A stretch of DNA of 64,000 nucleotides, taken from the human T2T-CHM13v2.0 reference genome, Homo sapiens. Where the stretch lies: contig CP068257.2 of NCBI GenBank assembly GCA_009914755.4, positions 28,224,001-28,288,000 of the forward strand, written 5' to 3'. The notes beneath the pieces were generated by a model. The model was not told where the DNA came from. It saw only the letters and a list, made by a program, of their open reading frames with translations, and ran no database searches. The translations under genes were made by a program, and so were the position numbers. Shown here one piece after another: positions 1 through 14,769 of this stretch (its first letter is position 1; the number at the start of each line of letters is the position of its first letter).

Positions 1-48
1 GGTCTCCCAGAGTGCTGGGATTACAGGCATGAGCCACTGTGCCTGGCC
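1..48 (-). mobile_element. Alu SINE, 5' end of a minus-oriented copy; the rest lies upstream of the window
   Basis: The sequence ggtctcccagagtgctgggattacaggcatgagccactgtgcctggcc is the reverse complement of the Alu 5' start GGCCGGGCGCGGTGGCTCACGCCTGTAATCCCAGCACTTTGGGAGGCC. Confidence 0.8.
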
Positions 49-756
49 TATTTTTCAATTTTTAGAGAAAATAAAGGTAATAGAATAACAATTCCTCTGC
101 TCTCTCTGAGAAGGTGACAATGAAGAATGACCCTCTCTCCACTCAGAGAAGGCTGGATTCTTCAATAGTGACGTTTGCCCATGAAACCCAGTGCATGTTG
201 TCCTTCTGCCTCATCTCTTCTGCAGTACCAGGTCCTATGTCAGGGGCTCCCAGTGTCTCCCTGGAACCTCTTAATGACAGCAATTATCAGTCACCTCTGT
301 CAGCTCTCCTTCCTTTAGGAAGTGACTCCCCGGCGGCTGTTCCTATGGGGACCCAGGTATTTCTTATTTCCTCTCAGTGCTAGAAAAATACCCAGGTCTC
401 CCAGTTGCAGCTGGACTACTCTGTTGTGAAATATCAGGGCAGTTCACAGCATTGCCTTTTACAACAATTGCATGAAAGTCTTCAGAGGAGTTTGTTTCGG
501 GAGCTAAGGGGCTGCACAAGAGAAGCAGCTAGCTCATGATACCACTCCTGCCAAGCCATGCCTGTAGCTCTGCTCAGTGACAGAGTCTGGCTTTTCATTG
601 GTGCAAAATCTCATTCTCCTTGAAGAAGATTTACTTCATAGAAAAGCCCTTCACTCCACCCTGGCAGTCTCAGAAGTCATATACTCAAGGGGCCAAACAC
701 ACAACTTCTTTGCACACCTCCCCACAGGATCAAAGGATCCTAGCCACAGCTTTGGC

Positions 757-851
757 AGTTCTGAAGTTTCTCAGGAAAGTGATACAACATAAATTCTACA
801 TTTTTTTTGTAGAATTTATGTTGTATCACTTTCCTGAGAAACTTCAGAACT
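757..851. repeat. Perfect inverted repeat (hairpin-capable palindrome): two 44-bp arms (757-800 and 808-851) separated by a 7-nt T spacer
   Basis: Base-by-base check: the reverse complement of 757-800 (agttctgaagtttctcaggaaagtgatacaacataaattctaca) equals 808-851 exactly (44/44). The spacer is ttttttt. Confidence 0.9.
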
Positions 852-1265
852 CACATATACACCATCGAATACTATGCAGCCATAAAAAATGATGAGTTCA
901 TGTCCTTTGTAGGGACATGGATGAAGCTGGAAACCATCATTCTCAGCAAACTATCGCAAGGACGAAAAACCAAACACCGCATGTTCTCACTCATAGGTGG
1001 GAATTGAACAATGAGAACACTTGGACACAGGAAGGGGAACATCACACACCGGGGCCTGTTGTGGGGTGGGGGGAGGAGGGAGGGATAGCATTAGAAGATA
1101 TACCTAATGTAAATGACGAATTAATGGATGCAGCACACCAACATGGCACATGTATATATATGTAACTAACCTGCACGTTGTGCACATGTACCCTAGAACT
1201 TAAAGTATAATAAAAAAGTATATATATATAAAATAAAATGAAATAAAAAAACAAAAAAAAATAAA
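852..1265 (+). mobile_element. LINE-1 3'-end fragment: ORF2 C-terminal codons, 3'UTR and an A-rich tail
   Basis: Matches the L1 3' end: ...catatacaccat(c/g)gaatactatgcagccataaaaaatgatgagttcatgtcctttgtagggacatggatgaagctggaaaccatcattctcagcaaactatcgcaagg...ctcataggtgggaattgaacaatgagaacacttggacacaggaaggggaacatcacacaccggggcctgttgtggggtgggg...acctgcacgttgtgcacatgtaccctagaacttaaagtataataaaaaa. Translation gives the ...YYAAIKNDEFMSFVGTWMKLETIILSKLSQGRKTKHRMFSLIGGN motif. Confidence 0.85.
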
Positions 1266-3160
1266 TTGTAAGAAGGCTCAAGAATCATTATTGATAGGAA
1301 TAATGTATTTTAAATTACTGACAGTTCCACTGCCCTCTCTTCTAGCCTCACAGAATGATAGTCAACAGCTAAGAAATTTCCAAGAAGTACTTGAATGTAG
1401 GGGGCACTCCCGTCTCCTCACACTGGGAAGGTAAGACTGCAAGGCTTCTTTCAAGTCCAGCAGTAATGCACTTGGCCAGTTGACATCAAAGGTGGGTCCT
1501 GAGGCTGAAAAGGATGATTTTGATTTATCAGCACTGGGTGGGGACGCTAACCTGGGCTCCCGATTCTTCTCTGATAAGCACCACATTATTATCTTGCTAG
1601 GCCTGAGAATGCTCTTTCATGTTTTGGAATTTGTAGTCAGACAAATGAAGTTTGAATTCTGCCTCTGCTCTTTTCTATCTGGGAGAGCCCAGGCAGGTAT
1701 TGTAACTTTTGAGTAGCTTAGTTCTATCTTATGTAATGTGGAAATAATGATACGTAACTCATGGTTTATAGGCAGAAGTAAATGAGAAACCATCTATAGT
1801 ACTCAGGACTCATCTTGGCACACTGTGTTTATTCAATAAATACCAGTGATTATTATATATTGCTCTTCATTTACAAAGGAAGAAAGTGCAGGGCATAAAG
1901 GGACCTCACTTGATGTTTCATAAAGACACATCATGGAGGAAAGAATAAGAATCAAAGACTTTTAACTTTCACTCTAGGCCAGGGTTTGTTAAGAGACCAA
2001 TAGCATACGAGTAAGATGCCTGGTGTCTAACTGATCCTCTTGGGGACTCCAGAGAAAATAAGAGGCTATCTACTCTAAGCCTTTTGACTGCTGGAAACCT
2101 CCTAGCTGCAGCTTGTGAGCCCTGGGCAGAGTTACAGCCTGCTGCTGTTACTGCCAACCTGGGGGAGTGACAGCATAATTGGATGCCTCTCTGTCTTTTG
2201 GCTCAAGACAAGGGCAAGGAAGAATGCCCACCTGCAGGGAGGAAGTAGAGTCCAGAAGACAGAAATTTTGACAAATAGGGAACTCATCTGCCTCTCTCAC
2301 CAGCTCTGTCCTCATCTTAGATCTGCAAGCCCTCACCTGAGCTCCCTTCCTGAATGACTTGAACCACAGGGACAAATTATGTCCACAAATGGGTCAAAGA
2401 TAACTATGTGCCACACCAGGAGGGTATGTAGGATTTGTGACCTTTGGATTGCAATTATTTGTTGACAACGCCTTTGGCAATGTGGTTGCTTTAAATGCAA
2501 AGCATGTAGCTGAGACATGAGTGTAATTTGGAGGAGAGTTAGATAATTATTGCATCGTTTAAATATTTATATATTTAAAAAAATTTAAATTGTAGAGTGA
2601 AAGAAGCAGTGCAAAAGAACATCTAGATCCATAGTTTTCAATACAGTAGCCACTAGCCTCATGTGGCTTTTGAACATTTGAAAGAGCCAGTGGCTGGTCC
2701 AGATTGAGTATGATATAAATAGGAGATATGAATATTGAAGAGAGTATAAACATAGAAAAACATTAATTTTAACTATCACATATTGGAAATGATAATATTT
2801 TGGATATATGGAGTTAACAGAATATATTATAAAATTCATTTCATCTGGTTTTTTTTTTTAACTTCTTTCAAAGTGGCTACTAGAAAATTTTAAATTACGT
2901 ATGTGACTCACTTTTGTGGTAGAGTCATTGAAATTTTTTGCAAAGACAAGCATGTCATCTGGAAATAAGAGATAGTTTTATGTCTTCCAATCTCCCGGTT
3001 GTCTATTTCTTTTATTTGCCTATTGCAGTGGCAAGAACTTTCAGCCTCATGTTGAATGATAGAAATGAGAAAGAATGTCTTTCTTCGTTCCCAATCTTAT
3101 GGGGAAATCACTCAGTCTTTCATCATTAAGATGATAACTGTAGCTTTTTGTACTTACTCT

Positions 3161-3457
3161 TTTTTTTTTCTTTTGGAGACAGGGTCTCACTCTGTCACCC
3201 AGGTTGGAGTGCAGCAGTGCAGTCTCAGCTCACTGCAACTCTGCTACCTGGGCTCAAGTGATTCTCCTATCTCAGCCTCCTGAGTAGTTGGGACTACAGG
3301 CACATGCCACTAAGCCTGGCTGATTTTTGTATTTTTTTTGTAGAGACAGGGTTTTGTCATATTGCCCAGGCTGGTCTCAAACTCCCGGACTCAAGCGATC
3401 TGCCCTCTTCGGCCTCCCAAAGTGTGGGATTATAGGTGTGAGCCAACACGCCCGGCT
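3161..3457 (-). mobile_element. Full-length Alu SINE, minus orientation, with flanking target-site duplication
   Basis: A poly-T is followed by ggagacagggtctcactctgtcacccaggttggagtgcagcagtgcag...ggcctcccaaagtgtgggattataggtgtgagccaacacgcccggc. The target-site duplication is tgtacttactctt before the element and gcacttactctta after it. Confidence 0.9.
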
Positions 3458-3854
3458 GCACTTACTCTTAATCAAACTCATTCCCTTCTTTTCCTAACTT
3501 GCTGAGAATCTTTCTAATGAATGAATATTGGGTTTTGCCAAATGTATTTTCTGCATAAATGTATTTGATTATATGCATTTTTCTTGTTTTGCCTGTTGAT
3601 ATGGTGGATTGCATTAATTTCTTTGTAAATCTTGAACCAGCCTTAAATACCTAGAATAAGTCCATTTAATTATGTTGTATAATTCTTTTTAATATGTTAT
3701 TGGATTCAGCTTGCTAATATTTTGTTGGGGATTTTTGCATCAAAATCTTTGAGAGATATTGTTTTGTAGTCCTTGTTATGTTTTCAATTTTTAATTTTGT
3801 ATTGTCTTTGTCTAGGTAATATTGCCCTTATAATTATTACTTATATTTAATTTA

Positions 3855-4138
3855 TGTTTTTTAGAGATAGAGTCTTGCCCAGGCTGTGGTGCAATGGCAT
3901 GATCATGGCTCACTGAAACCTTGATCTCCTGTACTCAAGTGATTCTCCCACCTCAGCCTCCCCAGTAGCTGGGACTACAGGTGTGCACCACCAGGCCTGG
4001 CTAATTGTCTTATTTTTTTGTGGCAATAGGGTCTCCCTATGTTGCCTAGTCTGGTCTCAAACTCCTGGCCTCAAGCAACCCTCTTGCCTTGACCTTTCAA
4101 ATTACTGGTATTACAGGCATGAATCATCACACCTGGCC
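3855..4138 (-). mobile_element. Alu SINE, minus orientation, more diverged (older subfamily, AluJ/S-like)
   Basis: ttttttagagatagagtcttgcccaggctgtggtgcaatggcatgatcatggctcactgaaacc...cctcagcctccccagtagctgggactacaggtgtgcaccaccaggcctggctaatt...ggtattacaggcatgaatcatcacacctggcc. Confidence 0.85.
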
Positions 4139-7100
4139 ACTTATTTTTATATGAAAATATTTTCTTCATCTTTTTTCCTCCACCAAATTCTTGTTGTAGG
4201 CTATTTTGTACCTCACATTTTATAATCAAATATGTTATTTTTAATTGTGGACTTTTTAAAGAAATTAAATTTAAAAACTTTCTATCAGTGTATATTGTCT
4301 AATTTATTGTTTGTCATTCAACAGTAAAACAGGATTTATTAGCTCTCCATGACCCAGCCTAGTTTGAAGATCAAAATCCAGGGTATCTACAGATCCGCTC
4401 CAGCTCCCCAAAGTCATCCATCATGAGGTGTGGGTGCAATGGCTCATCCTCCTATAACCTTCCTCATTTATCATGACATCTTGGACTCCAAATCATCGCT
4501 TTGTGCAGGTGTAACTTATGTTCTTTGGTTTACTGTAGGAAACAAAAAAACACTACAGGAGAGGAAGCAATAGCAAACATTCAGTGAAACTAAGTCATAT
4601 GCTTTTAATGAACCCCTTGTTTGTAAAGACAGATCAGTCAAATGCCCCCTAGGCAGACTATTTATATTTATGTTACCACTATCCAGGGTCTGGAATTGAA
4701 GATTTATGTGCTATGCTAAACACAGAACAAAACTAATTACCCAGCAGGTGAAATTTTTATGACAACAAAGACCTCAATATTTGGTCTGCTGGCAGTATTC
4801 CAATACTGATGGACAACTGTATAAAGATTTATAAAGATTCTGATTTCTCTGAGTTTAATGGATTAACTCTTGACAGTACCTGTGTATTTATCTCTGTGTA
4901 TCTATGTGTGTATATGTGTCTGTGAATCCATGTACTCAAATATTCTACAAATACTGGACCATAAAATTATTTTGATGTTGTTTTTGAAAATCATATTCTG
5001 ATACTTCAATAACTGAACAGTATATGTGTGATTTCCACACATAAATTTGATAAGCTTCTATTGGAGAGCTTTTATAAAAATACAGATTCTTGATATCCGT
5101 TGCTAGAAATTCTGATTCAGTAAGTCAGGGGTGGAGGTCCAAAAACCATATATCACGTGTGTCAACAGCACCCCAAAACTTTTTATGTGTGGTTGCCCAG
5201 AATTGCTTTGATTTTTAAATCAGTTTGTACTCTATAGAGTTAATAAACAAAACTACAAGCTCACTGTACAAAAAAAGAGAGGTTTTCTATTTTACCTTTC
5301 AGATTACTAGATTCCCAAACCCCAGCTCATCTGCTTTTAACTCTTTTAGCTATTAATATTTCATTTGGCATTTAGACACTTTAAAAAATTATGTTCACAC
5401 TAGTTGTCCTGGTTTTCTTCTTCTTTTGACATTGTCTATTATGCAAAAGGAGAATTTAGCTCACTTAGAAACCACGGACCTGCTTTTTCTTGTACTCCTG
5501 TCATTCTTCCAATGTTGTTTTATCACAATTTTTAAAAGATCAGCCATGAGTATTTTCATGATTACAACTCTTTAAATATGGTTCACGGTGGAGGAATGTA
5601 ATAAACTATTTTATGTTTTTGCGCAGCCCTGTGTTTTTTAAGGCAGGTAATACTTTTACTCATTTGTTTAGTTTGGTACAGATAGCTATCACACATTCTT
5701 CCCCTTCAGTCACCTACAGAATTACATACTTCTTCTCAATAAGGCCAAGCACATTAAATAATTTATTAGTTCGGTTTTTTCCCTTGGAGTCCTCATGTTT
5801 ACATCCCTTCATCCTCCTGTTCCAATAGGAATTCGTTGTTGTCTAGGTCTGCCATATCGTGAAACCTCCCTTTAATCATTATTTTGGAGATTCTCTGGCC
5901 ACTCTCTGTTATTTGGATCCTCCCTCATTCCAGTGAAGTATATTTAACAGATTTTTTTTTTTTTCCAAGACAAGATGCCTTGGAGGTATATTGTGAAGAC
6001 TGTGTTTGTGATCAGGTCTTAATTTTGCCTTCATGCTTGATTGATAACCAGGCTTATTAGAAATGTTTAGTTAAATATCATTTTCTGTCAAAATTTCAAA
6101 GACATAATTTCATTATTTTTTACTTTTCTTGGCCACAAAAAGTCTGATGTTATTCTGCTTTACAAGCATTACATGCAGGGAATTCCTCTCTCTCTGTCTC
6201 ATTCTCTTAAAAAATTTCTTCTACCCTACTTTCTCTGAATTTTGACCTCTTAAATCAATACTCAAATCTTACCTTTAAAGTTCCATTTTCTATGTATTTT
6301 CCGTTTTATTTGAATTTGTGAGAGAATTCTCAATTTTACCTTTTAAACCCTTCTATTAAGTTTTATTTCAAACATCATAATTTAATAACCAACAGGTCTT
6401 TCTTATTCTCTTATTTTAAAAAGAATGTGTTATTATTTGATGGATGTTCTATCTAATCTCATCTCCCTGAAGATATTATAATAGTGTAGTTTGAACTTTT
6501 TTTCTGCTTCTTATATTGCCTTAATTTTATTTTTTTCCTTCTCTTTGTTCATTATGCACTTTGTCTTTAATGTGAAATTTCTGTAAGTGCCTGTTCATCG
6601 TTTGTTGTCCATCAGTTCTTAAGTATGTGGAACTAGAAGCTCTGTCAGCCTGTGTGGGACCTGACGGACTTTACCATACAGGAAGCTCTACTCAACCCAA
6701 GGAGATTTTGCCCACACAGGAAATCTGGTAGTGTCTAAAGCCATTATTGATGGTCACGATTGGGTTGGGGTTGCTACTGGTATTTAAGGGACAGAGGCCA
6801 AGTAATGCTGCTAAGCATCCTACAACATTCAGAACAGTCCCACAATGAAGCATTATCCAGCTCTGAATATCACTGATGCCACTCTTGATAAACCCTAAGG
6901 TAGAGTGATCAGGAAGTAAGTTCCCTGCTGCATTCTTCCACAGGTTACTGTATACAGGACTTTTTTCCCTTGTGTCTATTTTTACAAAGCAGAATTTTCT
7001 GAACTCCTGCCTACAGTAGGTGAGTCAAATAATATTTTAGACATAATGTTATAGTAGCACCATGATTCAAAAAGCATGTTTATTGTCAATTCAAAATTTT

Positions 7101-7354
7101 ATGTACTATAATTTATTTCAGACATAACTGTGATTATTTACGGTACATTTCTCACATCCCCACTCCAAATAAAAACAACTTTTCTGGGCCTCTATTCATT
7201 TAGCATTCTATATTTCCTAAAAATGTTCATAAATACATTAAATCTGACCTTTTAAAAATGAAAACACTTTTATACCATTTACTAGAATAAATACGTAAAA
7301 TTCTGGGCTTCAACTTGAGAAGTAATAATCAGCTCTGCTAGTTCTATCACAGTA

Positions 7355-7410
7355 AACACAATGAAATGTGTAAACACAATGAAATGTGTAAACACAATGA
7401 AGACAAGCAG
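7355..7410. repeat. Short tandem duplication: 19-bp unit aacacaatgaaatgtgtaa, about 2.6 copies
   Basis: The local sequence is cagtaaacacaatgaaatgtgtaaacacaatgaaatgtgtaaacacaatgaagacaagc. Confidence 0.75.
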
Positions 7411-7921
7411 ATTTCAGCAAGGGCACTAATTTTGCAAACACTGGGAACCTCAAACATCACTTAAAGGAGGATATGATTGCATAAATTATGGGGCATATAT
7501 GTGAGAAAATGCCATTCATTCATTAACAATAGAAGTTTTTGAATTAATGACATAAGAAATGTGTGTCCCAATATTAAGTGAAAGATGCATAGTAACTTTG
7601 AAACAAATCTTGGAAATATTTTTCAAAATAAAATATGCGTATATTCTTTGACCAAGTCATTCCAGTTTTCACAAATCTATAGTGTGGCATGACCCCCAAA
7701 TGTGCAAATATGTTTGTATAAAGATCTTCACCATCGTTTGTGACGATGGCAAAAGCCACAGCCCTAATGTGTCTTGGTAGGCTTGTTAGATAAAGCACAG
7801 AAACCAGGGTACTTGCATGCAATGCCCTGGACAGTGGTCATTTAGAAGAACAAGGATGACTGACATCTGCTAAGAAGGGAGCACATTCCATGTTTATCAT
7901 CAGTACCAAAAGAGTTTTTAC

Positions 7922-8213
7922 TTTTTTTTTTTCTTTTAAGATAGGGTCTCCTTCTGTTGCCCAAGCTGAAATTCAGTGGCACAATCACTTTTCACTATAA
8001 CCTCAACCTCCCAGGTTCAATCAATCTCCCATCTCAGCCTCTGGAGTAGCTGGGACTAGGCAAACACAGTAGGTGGTATAGGTACACACCACCAAGCCCA
8101 GCTAACTTTTGTAATTTTTTGTAGAGACAGGGTCTTGAACTCCTAAGCTAAAGTGATCTGCACCTGCCTCAGCCTCCCAAAGTGCTGAGATTACAGGTAT
8201 GAGCCACTAAGCC
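7922..8213 (-). mobile_element. Alu SINE, minus orientation, with internal indels
   Basis: A poly-T is followed by aagatagggtctccttctgttgcccaagctgaaattcagtggcacaatcac...cctcagcctcccaaagtgctgagattacaggtatgagccactaagccag. Confidence 0.85.
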
Positions 8214-9365
8214 AGAATTTTTACATGTTTAATTGTTTTTAATTGCTTTCATTTTTTTTTTAAAGGAAGCACATGAAACTGCACCTGCTATTACCTCTGG
8301 GATGTGGAATGGAAGTTAGAAACAAAATTTCTACTTTTCAATTTAGCCCATTAGTTACTGTTTGACATTTTCACAATGAGCATTATTTTTATTATTAACA
8401 ATAAATCACAGTCTGGAAACTTGGCCATGGTAGTGGTGGGTAAAGATGGGGGACTTTTGGATCTAAAATTGGGAAGTGAAAACAAAAGAAGTGGGGATGA
8501 CACTTCTGATGAACTGAGCAAGTACAAAATAATGAAGACGTCAAAGATTACGGCATGTCATTAAAAAGCATGTTGAAATAACAGTATGGCACACAAAATT
8601 CAAATGATGTTTTGAAGTGTTATTCTTGCAAAAGAAAACAAATTTTGAGCTTTGTATTCAAAATTGGTTCTGACATTTCTTGTCACAAAAACTCTAGGTA
8701 TATATAGAGTAGAGAAAAACAAATTTCATCAAACAAAGTACACTTGAATATCTACGTGGCCTTTTGAGTCCTGCACTCAGTTTGGCTCTTTCAAATGTCT
8801 AATTCATTCAGCATGTGAGCCTCACATATTTGTTTGAACCCAGTGGATGGTCAATAGATTTGTATTCTGTCCTTTATGTCATCATTAATAAATTACATAC
8901 AAAACATTTGGGAACAAAAAGTCTAATGACATTTTTAGTATACGCTCAATAACCTTTTGGAAAACACTCCATGTCTCTTGTTTCTGGGTGCAGGTAGTGA
9001 CTTTTAAATCTGTTAGAATTTAGAAGCATTGAAGACCACTTAGCTTGCCTCTTAGTGTGGAGCTGCTTTAGTGAATTAGAATAAAAGATCCTTAGAGACA
9101 ACAGCTATAAAGCTGTTTCACAATGAAAGCAAAAGAAGCGATACGACAGATGAATAAAGAAAACATAAACTAAGCTTAAAAAATAGAACAAAGTGAAGAA
9201 AAATAAAGAAAGGAGAAGATGAAGAGGACCAGGCAGAAAAGGGATAGGAGGGCTGAAGAGAGGAGGAAGGGACAGAAACTCCTAGTGTGTACCTAAGTTA
9301 CCCCTAGAAAAGTGAATCTGTAGCTTCATTATTCCATCACCACGACTTCAGAAAAAGCTACGAAG

Positions 9366-9925
<560 letters not shown>

Positions 9926-12900
9926 CTAGGAAGTAGGTGATGACGGGAGAGAAAGTAAGTTTCAAAAAAGAAGGTATGGGAAAAGGCATCTGAAAAGATC
10001 TGTGAAAACAACAAAACTGGAAGAAAAGACACCAAAGCATTGTATAGCTTCCAGAATTTTTCCCCAGTGAACATCGATGTTTTCCTTTAAGGTGATTTCT
10101 GAGGAATGTTGCTGACCACACAGATGATGACAACTGTATACCAGGCTCTCTTGTCTGAGACATATTTACTTTTTGTTTTGCTGTATTTTAAATAAGTTTT
10201 TATGCACTTACCTTAGAAACTGTCATTTAAAAACAAACAAACCTCTGTCTTTTCAGGCCCCATTTTGAGTAGAATCCTGTTAGAAGCCTGTTACAAAGCG
10301 GTATAATGTGGATGGATCTGTGATGCATTCTTTTTCCCATACCCTTCTTCTTGAAACCTTTTTTCTCTCCCTTCATCACCTACTTCCTGGCTTTTTTAGA
10401 AATCCTGATGATACAATAATGAAGCTGTAGGATCACTTTTCTAGGGGTAATTTAGGTACACACTAGGAGTTTCTGTCCCTTCCTCCTCTCTTCAGCCCTC
10501 CTATCTCTTTCCTGCCTGGTCCTCCTCATCTTCGCCTGTCTTTCTTTTTTCTTCACTTTGTTCTATTTTTTAAGCTTAGTTTCTGTTTCCTTTATTCACC
10601 TGTAATGCATTGCTTCTTTTGCTATCATTGTCAGGAAACAGCTTTGAAAAGGTTTCAAGAAGGAAGATATGGGAAAAGGAATGCACCACAGATCCGTCCA
10701 CATTACACCTGCTTTCTAATAGGATTCCAACAATATTCTACTCAAAATGAGGCCTGAAAAAACAGAGGTTTGTTGTTTGTTTTTAAATGATGGTTTCCAT
10801 GGTAAGTCCATAAAATCAAATTTAAAATACAGTGAAATGAAAAGTAAATATGTCTTAAACAAGACAGCCTGGCATACAGTTTTCATCACCTGTGTGGGCA
10901 GCAAGATCCCCCAGAAATCACCTTTCAAGGGAAAACATTGACGTTCACTTGGGGAAAATTCTGGAAGCTATAAGATGCTTTGGTATCTTTTCTTCCAGTT
11001 TTGTTGTTTTCACAGACCTTTTCCGACTCCTGAGTCCACTAAAGTTTCTCTACAAATAAATATTTTTACTGGTCTTTATTTTTCTTTATATCCATTTTTA
11101 TGGAGCATATATTTCTACCCTGGTACTTGCCAAGGCAGTCCTGGAGGGCCATTAAATTATGCAACCGGGACCTAAATACATACCAGGTTAAGCCTAGTGA
11201 GAAATGCCATCCAATATTTCTGATCTCATTTCTCCCCTTTATTCATTTACTCTTTCTTTCAACAAAACTGAAGCTCTGCTAAGTGGTATGGAAGAAAAGA
11301 GTTTGCTCTGGAATAATGAAATAGGAAAGCATTGATATTGATTGTGGTGGTGGGAAGAACTGAGATACAGTGTGTGGATAAGTTCTTACTACCGGCATGA
11401 TATTTAAGCTGAAAATTAAAACAGAGTCTTTTATTCCATAGGAACTAGGAGTTACTTGAGAAAGTTTTGAGTCTGGTAGTAAATTGGGAAGCAGTGTGTA
11501 TCCTAGCGTATAGCACTCTTAAGAGTAAACCCCTGCCCATGTTAAAAGCAGAATAGAGTTCTATATGGACATATAAAATACATGTACATCTTTTTCTGCT
11601 AATAAAAATAACTCATATCCATTGTAGGAAAACATAAACAAACATTAAAAAATCTATATTCAAACCCTCCACAGCTAGTAACCACTAACTTAATTACACT
11701 GTATTTTCTCACAATCTATTTTCAAGGCATATTTCCCCCCATAACTGAGTATAATTTATATATTTTTATGTAATATAGTGTAAACTTCACTTTTGCAGAT
11801 CCTTTAAAACTAGGACTGTCAGGTTGAGCAAATAAACATACAGAACATCCGGATCCATTTCAATTTCAGATAAATAATGAATAATTGTTTAGTTTATGTA
11901 TGTTCCTCATAATATTTGGGACATGCTTACACTAAAAAGTTACTCATTGTTTATCTGAAATTCAAATGCAATTGAGCATTGTGTATTTTACCTAGCAACC
12001 CTGTTTTAAACACATAATAGTGTATTAAATTTCTTCATATATTAGATTACATTTATATATCATGTTGTGTACATATCCATTCCCTCTGTTAGAAATACAC
12101 ATTTCTGTTTTTTTAATTGAGATAAGTATTGCAACATTTTATATGATTTTCCCAAGAGAAATGACTAAAAATGAAATGATTAGGCCCAACAGCAGGAACA
12201 AGATTTTCAATTTGCGATATCAATTGCCAGTTTATATTGCCTTTATCTTTCCTTTGTTAGCATTATACTTACTTTGTACAAATCTAGCCAGTTTAGAAGA
12301 TGAACAATAGAACACTTATTTTACACTAAATAAAATGTTTTACATTTTAATAATTTTATTAAATTATTATAAATAATACATATAACATATTTTATTAAAT
12401 ACATTACATTTAATAACTTTATGTTAAAATACGCCATTTCATTGTATACATTTTAAAGCAATCAGCAAATTTCTGTTTCACAACTCAGACCTATTGCATC
12501 TTCTCTGATCTGTAAGTTTCCATTTGATAGACCATCGTTTGTCTATTCAGAGCTTCTTCATACTTCACTTAGCTTTTTCCTAAATCCAGTCTAGTTTTCT
12601 GTCAACCTCCACAGTAGAACCAGAATTATATTTATAATATAAATCTGATCATATTCATCTATTCTTTAAATGCTTCTTTGACCTGCCTCCTTCCACCCCA
12701 CTAACAATGGGCTCACGGTTAAATGCCTTTGAGACGTAAACTTTTGGGTACCTGGCTGATCTAGTTTACCGGCTTACCTCCTGCCCTTCACCTATCACAT
12801 TTCAGTCACATGAACTGACTTGCAGCTCTCAAGTTCTGGCCGTGTCACAGATCAAGGTGCCTTGCAAATGCTTCTGACTCTGCCTGAAAGCACTTCTACC

Positions 12901-13611
12901 TCCGGTCTGTCCTTCAGGGCTGGGCAGGATTGCTGCTTTGCTGCAATCCCTCTTCTGCTCTCCCTGGATAAGGCTGGCCCCACATGTCCACCTGACTTGC
13001 ATTCTTTCTCTTCTGTAACTAGACACAAGCTTCCAGAGGGCAGGGATTGCATCCTAGTCCTTCGGTTTCATGGTCTAGTAAAATGCCTGGAGCATGATAG
13101 GTGGCCAATTTACAAAAACAACAATAATAAAACCAGCATTTATAGAACACTTAAAATTGTGAAGCATCCTGCAAAGCCCCCTTTATCTGTATTAATTCAC
13201 TTCATTCTTACACAAACCCAACGAATTAGGTATCATATTCTCCACTTACTTTATATGTGATGAAACTGAGTCTAAGAGAGATTAAACAACTTGTTTAAGT
13301 AGTTATTTATGTACAGTTTAGAAATGGAAAAGCTAGAATCTGACTGAGTTCGACCTAAAATTTTCACTATGTAAGTGGACCGGGAACAGAAAGATCTGGT
13401 CTCTACCACGAAGGAGCTTTCAGTGAAAATCAGGAAGAGACATAAATATGGATATGTATCTGGTGATTTAAGGCAATGTATGCTGTTGTAAAGGAGGGAA
13501 AAAAAGAAAGGACCCTGGACTCAAAGTTTTGAATCGTAAGTCCTTGTGTTTTCTCAAGACCTGCACACTGGAAGAAATAAGGAAAAGTGACTACTACCAA
13601 AAGCCAATCTT

Positions 13612-13940
<329 letters not shown>

Positions 13941-14030
13941 TGACAAATAAAAACTGTAAATATTAATGGTGTACGACATGATGTTTTGCTATATGTATAC
14001 ATTGTGGATTGTCTAAATCAAGCTAATTAA

Positions 14031-14308
<278 letters not shown>

Positions 14309-14416
14309 TGCTCTGACTTCTTAACACGCAAATTATACAGCATCTCTTTTGTATGTGGATATAACTCAAAGTCGCCTCAGCCTGGTGCCACAGAAACACT
14401 GAGGAAGAATAAACCC

Positions 14417-14769
14417 TGTATTAGTCTGTTCTCACACTGCTGATAAAGATATACTTAAAACTGAGTAATTTTTAAGAAAAAAGAGGTTTGATGGACTCAC
14501 AGTTCCACGTAGCTGGGGAGGCCTCACAATCATGATGGAATGTGAAAGGCACGGTCTTATATGGTGGCAGGCAAAAGAGAAGCTTGTGCAGGGAAACTCC
14601 CCTTTATAAAACCATCAGATCTCATGAGACTTACTCATTATCATGAGAACAGCATGGGAAGACCCACCCCCATCACTCAATTACCCCCCACTGGGTCCCT
14701 TCCATGACACATGGTGATTACAGGAGCTACAATTTGAGATTTGGGTGGGGATGCAGCCAAACCATATCA
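14417..14769 (-). mobile_element. Solo ERVL-MaLR LTR of THE1/MST type, minus orientation
   Basis: tgtattagtctgttctcacactgctgataaagatatac...cacagttccacgtagctggggaggcctcacaatcatgatgg...aaaccatcagatctcatgagacttactcattatcatgagaacagcatggg...caatttgagatttgggtggggatgcagccaaaccatatca is the reverse complement of the THE1 consensus as recalled (TGATATGGTTTGGCTGTGTCCCCACCCAAATCTCA...CAGACTAATACA). No internal ERV sequence is evident on either side. Confidence 0.7.

Noticed and set aside
12820-13260. 146-aa ORF on the plus strand
   Set aside because: No recognisable domain. Its composition and codon usage are unremarkable. There are no flanking splice signals or conservation clues I can see, and random ORFs of this size are expected in 64 kb read in six frames.
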